In this document: piece after piece, positions 17,070 to 25,945 of the stretch
Layout of the letters: each line of letters opens with the position of its first letter
How positions within the stretch are numbered: the stretch's first letter is position 1
Source: an uncultured Acutalibacter sp.
Lineage (GTDB): Bacteria > Bacillota > Clostridia > Oscillospirales > Acutalibacteraceae
Reading direction: 5' to 3'
Length of the DNA stretch: 64,000 nt
Assembly (NCBI GenBank): GCA_964602365.1
Contig: CAZRQD010000001.1
Location: 7,944 to 71,943 of the forward strand
Notes under the pieces: generated by a model
Databases searched by the model: none
The model's input: only the letters and a program-made list of their open reading frames with translations
What the model was told of the DNA's origin: nothing
Program-made: the position numbers and the translations under genes

Positions 17070-17708
17070 ATGAAAGATTACCCGAACGTATTCGTAATGG
17101 ATCACCCGCTGATCCAGCACAAGCTCACCTTTTTAAGGGATAAGGGGACGGGGACCAAGGCCTTTAGGGAGCTGGTAAGCGAGATCGCCACGCTGATGTG
17201 CTATGAGGCAACCCGCGACCTCCCGCTTGAGGACGTGGAGATCGAGACCCCGCTTATGAAGGCCACCACCAAGGTGATTTCGGGCAGAAAGCTGGCGTTC
17301 GTCCCGATACTCAGGGCGGGGCTTGGCATGGTGGACGGCATGCTGGAGCTTGTTCCGTCCGCTAAGGTTGGCCATATAGGGCTCTACCGCGACCACGAGA
17401 CATTAAAACCCGTGGAGTATTACAATAAACTTCCACAGGATATTGACGAGAGAGATGTCATAGTCCTGGACCCAATGCTTGCCACCGGCGGTTCAGCGGT
17501 GGACGCCATAACCATTGTGAAGCGCAGCAATCCCAAGAGCGTAAAATTCTTGTGTATCATAGCAGCGCCGGAGGGGATAAAGGCTCTTACAGAGGCCCAT
17601 CCCGACGTCCATGTCTACTGCGCGGCCGTCGACCAGAAACTTAACGAGAACGGCTATATTCTCCCCGGTCTGGGCGACGCAGGCGACAGGATTTTCGGCA
17701 CTATCTAG
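17070..17708 (+). CDS. upp: Uracil phosphoribosyltransferase
   Basis: [42 protein letters not shown]. Confidence 0.97.
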   Translation: MKDYPNVFVMDHPLIQHKLTFLRDKGTGTKAFRELVSEIATLMCYEATRDLPLEDVEIETPLMKATTKVISGRKLAFVPILRAGLGMVDGMLELVPSAKVGHIGLYRDHETLKPVEYYNKLPQDIDERDVIVLDPMLATGGSAVDAITIVKRSNPKSVKFLCIIAAPEGIKALTEAHPDVHVYCAAVDQKLNENGYILPGLGDAGDRIFGTI

Positions 17709-17760
17709 ATAAAGCGGGACAGAAAATCGGATTTGCTGATTAGAGTTAGCGAGGAAAAAT

Positions 17761-18783
17761 ATGACTTATCATGTGGAATTTCCAAATCTTGGGTTGCGTT
17801 TTACCATCAATAATGTGGCATTTACCATAGGCAGTTTCGAGGTGCGCTGGTATGGAATACTGATCGCGGTGGGCTTCCTGCTTGCGGTTCTGTATGCGCT
17901 GTATATGTCTAAAAAGATGAATATCGACAGCGACAAGCTCATCGACGTCGTGATAGTCGGCCTGATAGTCGCGGTAATAGGAGCCAGATTATTCTATGTT
18001 CTGTTCTATCCCGGAGATACCTTCCGCAAAAACCCTCTGGAGATATTCAGCATACATCACGGAGGGCTGGCCATCTACGGCGGTATGATCGGTGCGCTTA
18101 TAGGCGGAGTGATAATGTCCAAGATCCGCAAACTGAAGGTTCTCGCCGTGCTGGACGTGGGTTCTCTTGGCTTTTTGATAGGTCAGTGCATAGGGCGCTG
18201 GGGGAACTTCATAAATCAGGAGGCCTTTGGTTCTGCCACGGAGCTCCCCTGGGGAATGCACAGCGAAAATACAGAGCTGGTGGTCCCCGGCGCAAACGTT
18301 CATCCCTGCTTTTTATACGAGTCCCTGCTCTGCCTATTGGGCTTTATTCTGCTGCATTTCTTCAATTCAAAGCTCAGGCGGTACGACGGGCAGACCTTCC
18401 TGCTCTATATCCTCTGGTACGGGGTCGGCCGCTTCTTTATAGAGGGGCTGAGAACAGACAGCCTCATCATCCCGGGAACAGAGCTGAGGGTCTCTCAGGT
18501 CCTGGCGCTTCTAAGCGCAGCGGCAGCGCTCGTTGCCCTCATTGTATTCCGCCACAGGACGAGTCTCTCTGGCTGCGGAAGCAGGAAGGTAGTGGAGGCG
18601 CTGGAGACTCTCAACAGCGCGGCGGAGGAGATACCCGTCGCAGAGGAGGAGACCTCTGGGGAAGGAGAGACTGAAGAGAAGGACGAGATGGACGACGCTG
18701 TGAGATTTTCCACGATCTTCGGCGAGAGGGAGACGTCATCCGGTAAAGATAGAGACGAGAATAGAGACGAAAAAAAGAATTAG
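17761..18783 (+). CDS. lgt: Prolipoprotein diacylglyceryl transferase with acidic C-terminal tail
   Basis: VRWYG, GARLFYV, GGLAIYGG, IGRWGNFINQEAFG, HPCFLYES, RFFIEGLR. Confidence 0.95.
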   Translation: MTYHVEFPNLGLRFTINNVAFTIGSFEVRWYGILIAVGFLLAVLYALYMSKKMNIDSDKLIDVVIVGLIVAVIGARLFYVLFYPGDTFRKNPLEIFSIHHGGLAIYGGMIGALIGGVIMSKIRKLKVLAVLDVGSLGFLIGQCIGRWGNFINQEAFGSATELPWGMHSENTELVVPGANVHPCFLYESLLCLLGFILLHFFNSKLRRYDGQTFLLYILWYGVGRFFIEGLRTDSLIIPGTELRVSQVLALLSAAAALVALIVFRHRTSLSGCGSRKVVEALETLNSAAEEIPVAEEETSGEGETEEKDEMDDAVRFSTIFGERETSSGKDRDENRDEKKN

Positions 18784-18792
18784 GAGAAATCA

Positions 18793-19650
18793 ATGGCAAT
18801 CTTGATAGACGGGAAGGCAATATCCGAGAGAATCCTGCGGGAGGTTTCAGAGGAGGTTGCCCTCTTAAAAAGAGAGAAAGGGGTAACGCCGTCCCTGGCT
18901 GTCGTGCTCGCCGGGGATGACCCCGCAAGCCGGGTATATATCCGCAACAAAAAGCGCGCCTGCGAGACCTGCGGCATCCGCTCGCTGGAATATTTTCTGC
19001 CGGGGGACGTCACTGCCGCGGAGATTACTAAACTGGTGGATTCCCTGAACGCTGACCCCGGCGTTACCGGTATTCTTGTTCAGCTTCCCTTGCCCGCGGG
19101 AATAGATCAGGGTTTAATTATCTCAGCAATAGACCCGAGAAAAGACGCGGACTGTTTTCACCCACTTAACATGGGCAGGCTCTTTGCCGGCGAGGGTTCT
19201 CTTGCCCCGTGCACTCCCTGCGGTATTATGGAGCTTTTGCGGGACGTTGGCTACGGGGACCTCTCCGGTCTTAGATGTGTCATGATAGGCAGAAGCAATA
19301 TAGTTGGAAAGCCCGCCGCGCTTTTGATGTTGAGGGCTAACGGTACAGTTACCGTCTGCCACAGCCGCACGGAAAATCTTCCATCTATCACAAGAGAGGC
19401 CGACGTGCTGGTGTGCGCCGTGGGAAAGGCCGGCTTTCTCACGGCCGATATGGTAAAGCCCGGCGCTGTCGTCATAGACGTGGGGATGAATCGCGGCGAA
19501 AACGGCAAGCTCTGCGGAGATGCTGACTTTGAGAGTGTAAGCCGGGTCGCCGGATTTATTACCCCGGTCCCCGGCGGCGTGGGACCAATGACTGTGGCCA
19601 TGCTGATGAAAAATACGCTAAAACTTGCAAAGGCGCAGTCCGGGGGATGA
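18793..19650 (+). CDS. folD: Bifunctional methylene-THF dehydrogenase/cyclohydrolase
   Basis: YIRNK, GILVQLPLP, KDADCFHP, PCTP, GRSNIVGKP, TPVPGGVGPMT. Confidence 0.97.
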   Translation: MAILIDGKAISERILREVSEEVALLKREKGVTPSLAVVLAGDDPASRVYIRNKKRACETCGIRSLEYFLPGDVTAAEITKLVDSLNADPGVTGILVQLPLPAGIDQGLIISAIDPRKDADCFHPLNMGRLFAGEGSLAPCTPCGIMELLRDVGYGDLSGLRCVMIGRSNIVGKPAALLMLRANGTVTVCHSRTENLPSITREADVLVCAVGKAGFLTADMVKPGAVVIDVGMNRGENGKLCGDADFESVSRVAGFITPVPGGVGPMTVAMLMKNTLKLAKAQSGG

Positions 19651-19722
19651 TTCGCCTCTGGCATAAAACTTCAGAATAGACAGTTCTTTTTTGATTAGAT
19701 CACGAGTGTGAGGAGGGACTTT

Positions 19723-21609
19723 ATGGGGAAGATTTTAGAGGGGATAGTTTCTCCTGAGGACATAAAGAGCCTCAGCGAAGAACAGCTTACGGGGCTTTGC
19801 GACGAGATAAGGCAGACCATCATAGAGACCGTCTCCTGCAACGGCGGGCACCTCGCCTCTAACCTCGGCGTGGTAGAGCTTACCGTGGCTCTTCTTCTGG
19901 CGTTCGAGCCTGGGAAGGACAGCATTATCTGGGACGTTGGCCACCAAAGCTACCCGTATAAACTCCTTACCGGCCGATACCCAAAGTTTTCCACCATCCG
20001 CAAAGAAGACGGCATTTCCGGGTTTCCCAACAGAAACGAGAGTCCCTACGACCTCTTCACAACGGGCCACAGCAGCACCTCCATCTCCCAGGCCCTGGGG
20101 ATCTCAGAGTCAAACAGAATCCTGGGAAAGGACGGCCATGTCGTGGCAGTCATAGGGGACGGAGCCCTGACGGGCGGGCTCGCGTATGAGGGGCTGAACA
20201 ACGCCGGTAGGCTTCACAGAAATCTCATAGTCGTCCTAAACGATAATAATATGTCCATCTCCAAAAACGTGGGCTCGATAGCGGGCTATCTCACCCGCCT
20301 GCGCACAAAGCCCGGCTATATCCGCACGAAGCTGAACGTTGAGGCCTTGCTCAAGAAAATCCCCAAAATTGGCGTTGCCGTCGCGGAGGCCCTTAGAAAG
20401 ATAAAAGACAGAATAAAGAGGGCGTTTTATAAATCCACTCTCTTTGAGGATTTCGGACTCAACTACTACGGGCCGTTTGACGGCCATAATATCACCCAGC
20501 TGAGGAGGGCATTCGAGAGCGCCAAGCTTGTCAAGGGTCCCGTGCTGATCCACGTCTGCACCTCAAAGGGAAAGGGCTACCGCTATGCCGAGATGGACCC
20601 CAGCATCTACCACGGGCTCTCAGGCTTTGATGTCCCCACCGGCAACACCGGGGAACGCTCCCCAAGCTTCTCCGACATATTCGGAGAGGAGCTCTGCAAA
20701 ATAGCGGAAGACGAGCCTCGCGTCTGCGCCATCACCGCCGCCATGCAGGACGGGACCGGGCTCTCCGCCTTCCACGAGAAATTCCCGGACCGTTTCTTCG
20801 ACGTCGGCATAGCCGAGGAGCATGCCGTGACCTTTTCCGGCGGGCTTGCGCGCGGGGGGCTGATACCGGTTTTCGCGGTATACTCCTCTTTTTTGCAGCG
20901 CACCTATGACGAACTCATCCACGACGTCGCCCTTCAGAGGACGAAGGTCGTACTGGCGGTAGACAGGGCGGGGGTTGTCGGGGAGGACGGCATAACGCAC
21001 CAAGGGCTTCTGGACGTCTCGCTGTTGAGGACGGTGCCCGGTGCGACAGTCTACTCTCCGGCAGGGTACGAGGAACTTCGGCTTGACCTGAGATATCTCA
21101 TAGAAAAATGCGATCGCATCTGCGCGGTGCGCTACCCCAGGGGAAAAGAGATATATCTTCCCCCGGACTTCACCCCCAGCACAGAGCCGTATACCCTATA
21201 CGGCGACCCAAAAGCTCCGGTCTGCATTGTCACCTACGGGCGGCTGTTCTCCTTTGCCTCGCAGGCCAGAATAGAGCTTGCGGAGAGAGGAATAGAGGCC
21301 TCTGTTCTAAAACTCAACCGCATCATCCCCCTTGATGAGAACGCCGTGAGGAGCGTCCTAGACTGCGAGAGCCTCTTCTTCTTCGAGGAGGGGACGGAGA
21401 GCGGCGGCGTGGGAGAGCAGTTCCTGTTATGCTTAGAAGAGTCCGGCTTTAAAGGAGATGTCAGCTTGAGGGCGGTGAAGGACCCGTTTCTTGCGCACGC
21501 CCCGATGTTCCGCACACTGGAGAAGCTAGGCCTAAACACTGAGGGCATGGTGGGGCTCATCCTCTCCTCCCTTCCCGTGAGCGAGGAAACCCGTGCGAAA
21601 AAGGCTTGA
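19723..21609 (+). CDS. dxs: 1-deoxy-D-xylulose-5-phosphate synthase
   Basis: GGHLASNLGVVELT, WDVGHQSY, GHSSTSIS, GDGALTGG...LNDNNMSI, DVGIAEEHA; start moved to ATG 19723 behind GAGGAGG. Confidence 0.97.
   Translation: MGKILEGIVSPEDIKSLSEEQLTGLCDEIRQTIIETVSCNGGHLASNLGVVELTVALLLAFEPGKDSIIWDVGHQSYPYKLLTGRYPKFSTIRKEDGISGFPNRNESPYDLFTTGHSSTSISQALGISESNRILGKDGHVVAVIGDGALTGGLAYEGLNNAGRLHRNLIVVLNDNNMSISKNVGSIAGYLTRLRTKPGYIRTKLNVEALLKKIPKIGVAVAEALRKIKDRIKRAFYKSTLFEDFGLNYYGPFDGHNITQLRRAFESAKLVKGPVLIHVCTSKGKGYRYAEMDPSIYHGLSGFDVPTGNTGERSPSFSDIFGEELCKIAEDEPRVCAITAAMQDGTGLSAFHEKFPDRFFDVGIAEEHAVTFSGGLARGGLIPVFAVYSSFLQRTYDELIHDVALQRTKVVLAVDRAGVVGEDGITHQGLLDVSLLRTVPGATVYSPAGYEELRLDLRYLIEKCDRICAVRYPRGKEIYLPPDFTPSTEPYTLYGDPKAPVCIVTYGRLFSFASQARIELAERGIEASVLKLNRIIPLDENAVRSVLDCESLFFFEEGTESGGVGEQFLLCLEESGFKGDVSLRAVKDPFLAHAPMFRTLEKLGLNTEGMVGLILSSLPVSEETRAKKA
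21108..21119. repeat. HIP1-like palindrome ATGCGATCGCAT, copy 5
   Basis: Exact 12-mer inside dxs, read as K-C-D-R-I-C. Confidence 0.85.
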
Positions 21610-22414
21610 CGTCCTGGTTTACGAGCGCGGACTTGCAGAGAGCCGCGAAAGGGCAAAGTCCCTCATAGCCGCGGGCGGGGTCTTTGTTGACGGCATAAGG
21701 GCGGAAAAGCCCTCCCGTCTCTTTTCAGACGGCGCAGAAATCACCGTTGGTTTTGAGGTCATGCCATATGTGGGCCGCGGGGGTTTAAAACTGGAGAAGG
21801 CCATAGGAGAGTTTTCAATAGATCTGCGCGGCCTCACCTGCGCGGATATCGGCGCCTCCACCGGCGGCTTTACGGACTGCATGCTGCAAAACGGAGCAAA
21901 GGCAGTCTACGCCGTGGATGTCGGCTCCTCCCAGCTTCACAAGAAACTGAGAGATGACCCTAGGGTGATAAATCTCGAAAATACCAACGCGAGAGATCTC
22001 GACCGCTCCATAATAGATGCGGAGATAGAATTTTTTGCAGTGGATGTCTCGTTTATCTCCCTCACCCTCCTGCTGCCCGCCATAAGGGGGATTTTATCTC
22101 CCCGGGGCCGCGGGGTATGCCTGATAAAGCCCCAGTTTGAGGCGGGGAGGGATAAGGTCGGGAAAAACGGGGTCGTTCGGGATGAAAACGCGCGGACTGA
22201 AGTGATAGAGAAAATTACACAGTTTTCCCTCAAAAACGGTTTTTCCGTTCTGGGGCTGACCTTCTCCCCAATAAAGGGGCAGAAGGGGAATATAGAATAC
22301 CTGCTATACTTAAAACTCAGCGGAGAACCCGCTATAGAAAAAGACGTCCCCTCCGCGCGGGAGGTTGTGGAGCTCTCCCGCCTAGCGTTTGAGGGGAAAA
22401 AGGAGGAGCGGTAG
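21593..22414 (+). CDS. tlyA: TlyA family rRNA 2'-O-methyltransferase (S4 + FtsJ-like)
   Basis: RLDVL S4 domain, YVGRGGLKL, DIGASTGGFTDC, DVSFISL, IKPQFE, GNIEY. Confidence 0.95.
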   Translation: MRKRLDVLVYERGLAESRERAKSLIAAGGVFVDGIRAEKPSRLFSDGAEITVGFEVMPYVGRGGLKLEKAIGEFSIDLRGLTCADIGASTGGFTDCMLQNGAKAVYAVDVGSSQLHKKLRDDPRVINLENTNARDLDRSIIDAEIEFFAVDVSFISLTLLLPAIRGILSPRGRGVCLIKPQFEAGRDKVGKNGVVRDENARTEVIEKITQFSLKNGFSVLGLTFSPIKGQKGNIEYLLYLKLSGEPAIEKDVPSAREVVELSRLAFEGKKEER

Positions 22415-23230
22415 GTGAAGATAGCTCTGCTCTCAAGCGGGACTGACCTCGCGCTCGAACTGGAAAGAGATATTAAAGAGCTTTTAAAGGCCTGCGACAT
22501 ATTAGATGTAAGTTTAGGTGAAAGCGGCTCCCCTCTGTGGAAAGAAACTGCCGCGTCATGCGATTGCATCCTTGCGGTGGGAGGGGACGGAACCATTATA
22601 CGCGCCGCCAAGCTTGCCGCCTCTCTTGACATACCGGTTCTGGGGATAAATGCCGGAAACCTGGGCTTTAATGCGGCACTTGAAAGGGACGAGCTTCCTC
22701 TTTTAAAAAACCTGGTTTTAGGGAAATATGAGGAGGAGAGGCGCCTCATGCTCAAGGTGGAGCTGAATTCTGTTGGGAAGGCCTCGGCCTATTGCGCCCT
22801 AAACGAGGCGGTGGTCTCCGGTGAGCTGGCCAGACTGATAAGCTATGACCTCGTTTTGGGAAACGGAAAATCTTTCCGCTTTAAGGGGGACGGTTTTCTG
22901 GTCTCCACCCCTACGGGCTCTACGGCATATTCCCTCTCCGCCGGGGGACCGGTGGTGGAACCCGCCCTAAAATGCCTCATCTATACCCCAATCTGCCCGC
23001 ACGCCTTTTTTAACCGCAGCCTTGTCTTTGGCGGTGATATGTCCCTAATGGTGACACTCCCGAAAAACCCTGGGCAGGTCTGCCTCACCGTTGACGGGGA
23101 GACCCCGGTCCCGCTGAGGGAGGGGGACCGGCTGAGGTTTTCCCGGTCCCGCAGGGAGGCAAGATTTCTCAAGATCAAGGACAAGGGCTTTTTTGAAGTT
23201 TTGGACAATAAGCTTATAAACTCCAGGTAG
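22415..23230 (+). CDS. nadK: NAD kinase
   Basis: VGGDGTI, GINAGNLGF, LNEAV, DGFLVSTPTGSTAYSLSAGGP. Confidence 0.95.
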   Translation: MKIALLSSGTDLALELERDIKELLKACDILDVSLGESGSPLWKETAASCDCILAVGGDGTIIRAAKLAASLDIPVLGINAGNLGFNAALERDELPLLKNLVLGKYEEERRLMLKVELNSVGKASAYCALNEAVVSGELARLISYDLVLGNGKSFRFKGDGFLVSTPTGSTAYSLSAGGPVVEPALKCLIYTPICPHAFFNRSLVFGGDMSLMVTLPKNPGQVCLTVDGETPVPLREGDRLRFSRSRREARFLKIKDKGFFEVLDNKLINSR

Positions 23231-23277
23231 AAAATAATATCGTGTTTGAAAATATATATTAAGGAAGGGAAGATAAA

Positions 23278-23730
23278 ATGAAGACGCGGCGCCACGCGAG
23301 GATTTTAGAGATCATACGCGAGCACGACATAGATACCCAGGAGGGGCTCCTCAGATATCTTAGGGAGGACGGCTTTGATGTGACGCAGGCAACTGTCTCA
23401 AGAGATATCAAGGAACTTCGCCTTGTCAAGACCCTCTCCGCCGACGGGCGGTACAAATATTCCTCAGGCAGCGAGGCCTCGGTGGACATCTCCTCAAAAT
23501 TCTATTCCTTTTTTTCAGAGTCCGTCGTGGGCGTGGAGGCGGCGCAAAATATTCTCGTCATCAAATGCATGACCGGGATGGCGCAGGCGGTCTGCGCCGC
23601 CATGGATGCGGTGCGGTATAAGGATTTCGTCGGGACCCTTGCCGGGGAGGATACCATCTTCGTGGTCTGCAGGACGAGTTCTAAGGCGGAGGAGATACAG
23701 GACGAGTTCCGCAAGATGATCAGCAGGTGA
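23278..23730 (+). CDS. argR: Arginine repressor
   Basis: TQATVSRDIKEL, GTLAGEDTIFV. Confidence 0.95.
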   Translation: MKTRRHARILEIIREHDIDTQEGLLRYLREDGFDVTQATVSRDIKELRLVKTLSADGRYKYSSGSEASVDISSKFYSFFSESVVGVEAAQNILVIKCMTGMAQAVCAAMDAVRYKDFVGTLAGEDTIFVVCRTSSKAEEIQDEFRKMISR

Positions 23731-23737
23731 TTTTTTA

Positions 23738-25402
23738 ATGCTGGAACAGCTTTATATCAGCAATATCGCCGTGATAGAGCGCGCGTCTATAGACTTAGGC
23801 GCAGGCTTTACCGTCCTGACGGGCGAGACCGGCGCGGGCAAATCCATAATTATAGATTCCATCCACGCCGTGCTTGGAGAGCGTGCCTCAAAGGACCTCC
23901 TCCGCTCCGGGGAGGAGAGGGCCTCCGTCTCTGCGCTATTTACCTCTCTGTCTAAAGAGACCCTGGATTTTCTCGGTACCCTCTCAATTCCCAGGGAGGA
24001 GGGAGATACCCTTTTAGTTCAGCGGGAGATAAGGGCGGAGGGCAGAGGAGGAATAAAGTGCAACGGCGCCCCCGTAACCGCCTCCATGCTGCGGGAGATA
24101 GGCCGCAAGCTCATAAACATTCACGGCCAGCACGAGAGCTATGAGCTCCTCTCCCCGGAGGTCCACCTGAATTATATAGATGAGTTTGGCGGGCTTAAGG
24201 ACCTGCTCTCAAAATATCAGGCAAGCTACAGGGCCCTTAGGGATACCCGCAAAGAGCTGGAGAGCTTAAGGGAGGACGAGGGGGAGAAGGCCAGGAGGAC
24301 AGACCTTTTAAAATATCAGATAGAGGAGCTAGAGGCTGCGGGCATAGAGCCCGGGGAGAGGGAGGAACTTACGAGAAGGAGGGACCTCATAAAAAACAGC
24401 GAGAGAATTTCCGGGATTTTAGAGCGTGTGAGGGGCCTTCTGGGCGGGGAGGAGGACAGCGGCGGCGCACTTGCTGGGGTATCCCAAAGCGCTGACGAGC
24501 TGGAAAAGGCTGCCCGCTACCTGCCGGAACTTGGGGTTGCCGCCGAGAGGGCGCGGGATGCCCAGTTTCTCTTAGAGGACGTGGACTCTGCCCTGCAGGG
24601 CGTCTCTGCCGATTTTGACCCCGGAGAGCTTGAGGAGATAGAGGACAGGCTAGACCTGCTCTACCGCCTGGGGTTAAAATACGGGGATACGGAGGAGAAG
24701 ATGCTCGCCTTTTTGGAAAACTGCCGCGAGGAGCTTCACCGCATAGAATTTTCAGACGAGCTTAGGGAAAAGCTGGAGGGCGACTACGAGAGAGAGCGGG
24801 ATGAGGCCGTCTCCCTAGCGCGTGAGCTCTCGCAGAAAAGGCGCAGGAGCGCTGAGGACTTCGCGCTTAAGGTGAAGGAGGAGCTTAGGTTTCTCAATAT
24901 GCCTGGCGTGGAATTCCTCCCGCAGATAGAGCGGGTTCCGCTCTATGCCATGGGTTGCGATAGAATCCAGTTCCTCGTCTCCGCCAACACGGGGGAGGAG
25001 CCCAGGCCGATGTCAAAGATAGCCTCCGGCGGAGAGCTCTCCAGAATCATGCTGGCGATAAAGACCGTCCTCTCCGGCATGGACGGGGTGGATACCCTGA
25101 TCTTTGACGAGGTGGATTCCGGCGTAAGCGGCGCGGCTGCCGCCAAGGTCGGGCAGAAGCTTAAAGAGGTCTCAAAAAACAGGCAGGTCCTCTGCGTGAC
25201 GCATTTGGCGCAGATAGCCTCCCTTGCCGATAACCACCTAAGGGTTCTCAAGACAGTGGAGGGGGACAGGACCTATACCAGGGTAGAGAGGCTGGACTTT
25301 GAGGGCAGGAAGAGGGAGCTTGCCCGTATAATAGGCGGCGACAATATCACAGAGCTGCAGCTTAAAATGGCTGATGAAATGCTCTCAGCCGGGGATAAAT
25401 AA
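23738..25402 (+). CDS. recN: DNA repair protein RecN
   Basis: TGETGAGKS, IHGQH, ASGGELSRIML, IFDEVDSGVSG, VTHLAQIA. Confidence 0.97.
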   Translation: MLEQLYISNIAVIERASIDLGAGFTVLTGETGAGKSIIIDSIHAVLGERASKDLLRSGEERASVSALFTSLSKETLDFLGTLSIPREEGDTLLVQREIRAEGRGGIKCNGAPVTASMLREIGRKLINIHGQHESYELLSPEVHLNYIDEFGGLKDLLSKYQASYRALRDTRKELESLREDEGEKARRTDLLKYQIEELEAAGIEPGEREELTRRRDLIKNSERISGILERVRGLLGGEEDSGGALAGVSQSADELEKAARYLPELGVAAERARDAQFLLEDVDSALQGVSADFDPGELEEIEDRLDLLYRLGLKYGDTEEKMLAFLENCREELHRIEFSDELREKLEGDYERERDEAVSLARELSQKRRRSAEDFALKVKEELRFLNMPGVEFLPQIERVPLYAMGCDRIQFLVSANTGEEPRPMSKIASGGELSRIMLAIKTVLSGMDGVDTLIFDEVDSGVSGAAAAKVGQKLKEVSKNRQVLCVTHLAQIASLADNHLRVLKTVEGDRTYTRVERLDFEGRKRELARIIGGDNITELQLKMADEMLSAGDK

Positions 25403-25420
25403 AAAAGAAAGGGTGTTTTT

Positions 25421-25765
25421 ATGCCGAGGAGAGATAAGAACCAAAAGAGAAGCGACAGTTTCTTCGATAACCCGTTTGGGGGACTGTTCGACTTTAACGG
25501 CGACGGTAAAGAGGATTTGATGGAGATCGGGCTGGGCGAAAAAATCTTCGAGGAGATCTTCGGTGAGGATGAAGATGATGACGACGATGATTTTTTCGAT
25601 GACGATGGATTTGACGATGAACTTGACGATGATGAAGATGACGATGATTTTGATGATGATGACCAGCTAGATGACGAACTTTTCGATGATGAAGACGATG
25701 ATGACGGACTTTTCGATGATGATGACAACGATGACGGACTATTTGACGACGACGATTTGTTCTAA
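25421..25765 (+). CDS. Hypothetical extremely Asp-rich protein
   Basis: 114 aa; DFNGDGKED loop motif; last 66 residues contain 41 D + 6 E and no basic residue; RBS AAAGGGTG; 18 nt after the recN stop. Confidence 0.7.
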   Translation: MPRRDKNQKRSDSFFDNPFGGLFDFNGDGKEDLMEIGLGEKIFEEIFGEDEDDDDDDFFDDDGFDDELDDDEDDDDFDDDDQLDDELFDDEDDDDGLFDDDDNDDGLFDDDDLF

Positions 25766-25921
25766 AAAGGCCTGGGTTTTTCTCCGCCCAAAAAAGAACA
25801 TGAAAACTTTTTGATCGTTCTCACCCAAAGCCGAGAGAAGTGAAAAAAGGTTTTTCTCCGTCTAAGAAAGTTCGAGAAAACTTTCTCCACAGCTTCACTT
25901 AAAGCCGAGCGAAGTAAAAAA
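25764..25921 (+). repeat. Second array of the intergenic repeat family (leader + about 2 units, 74-bp period)
   Basis: AAAAAGGCCTGGGTTTTTCTCC leader; AAAGCCGAG(A/C)GAAGT(G/A)AAAA units at 25824 and 25898; CTTTCTCCACAG(C/T)TTCA shared with 8132-8148. Confidence 0.85.
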
Positions 25922-25945
25922 CAAAACTGAAAGGCGGGGATATCT

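Noticed and set aside
25273-25728. Ser-rich 151-aa minus-strand ORF
   Set aside because: It is the antisense shadow of the GAT/GAC codons of the Asp-rich gene, which has the RBS and operon context.
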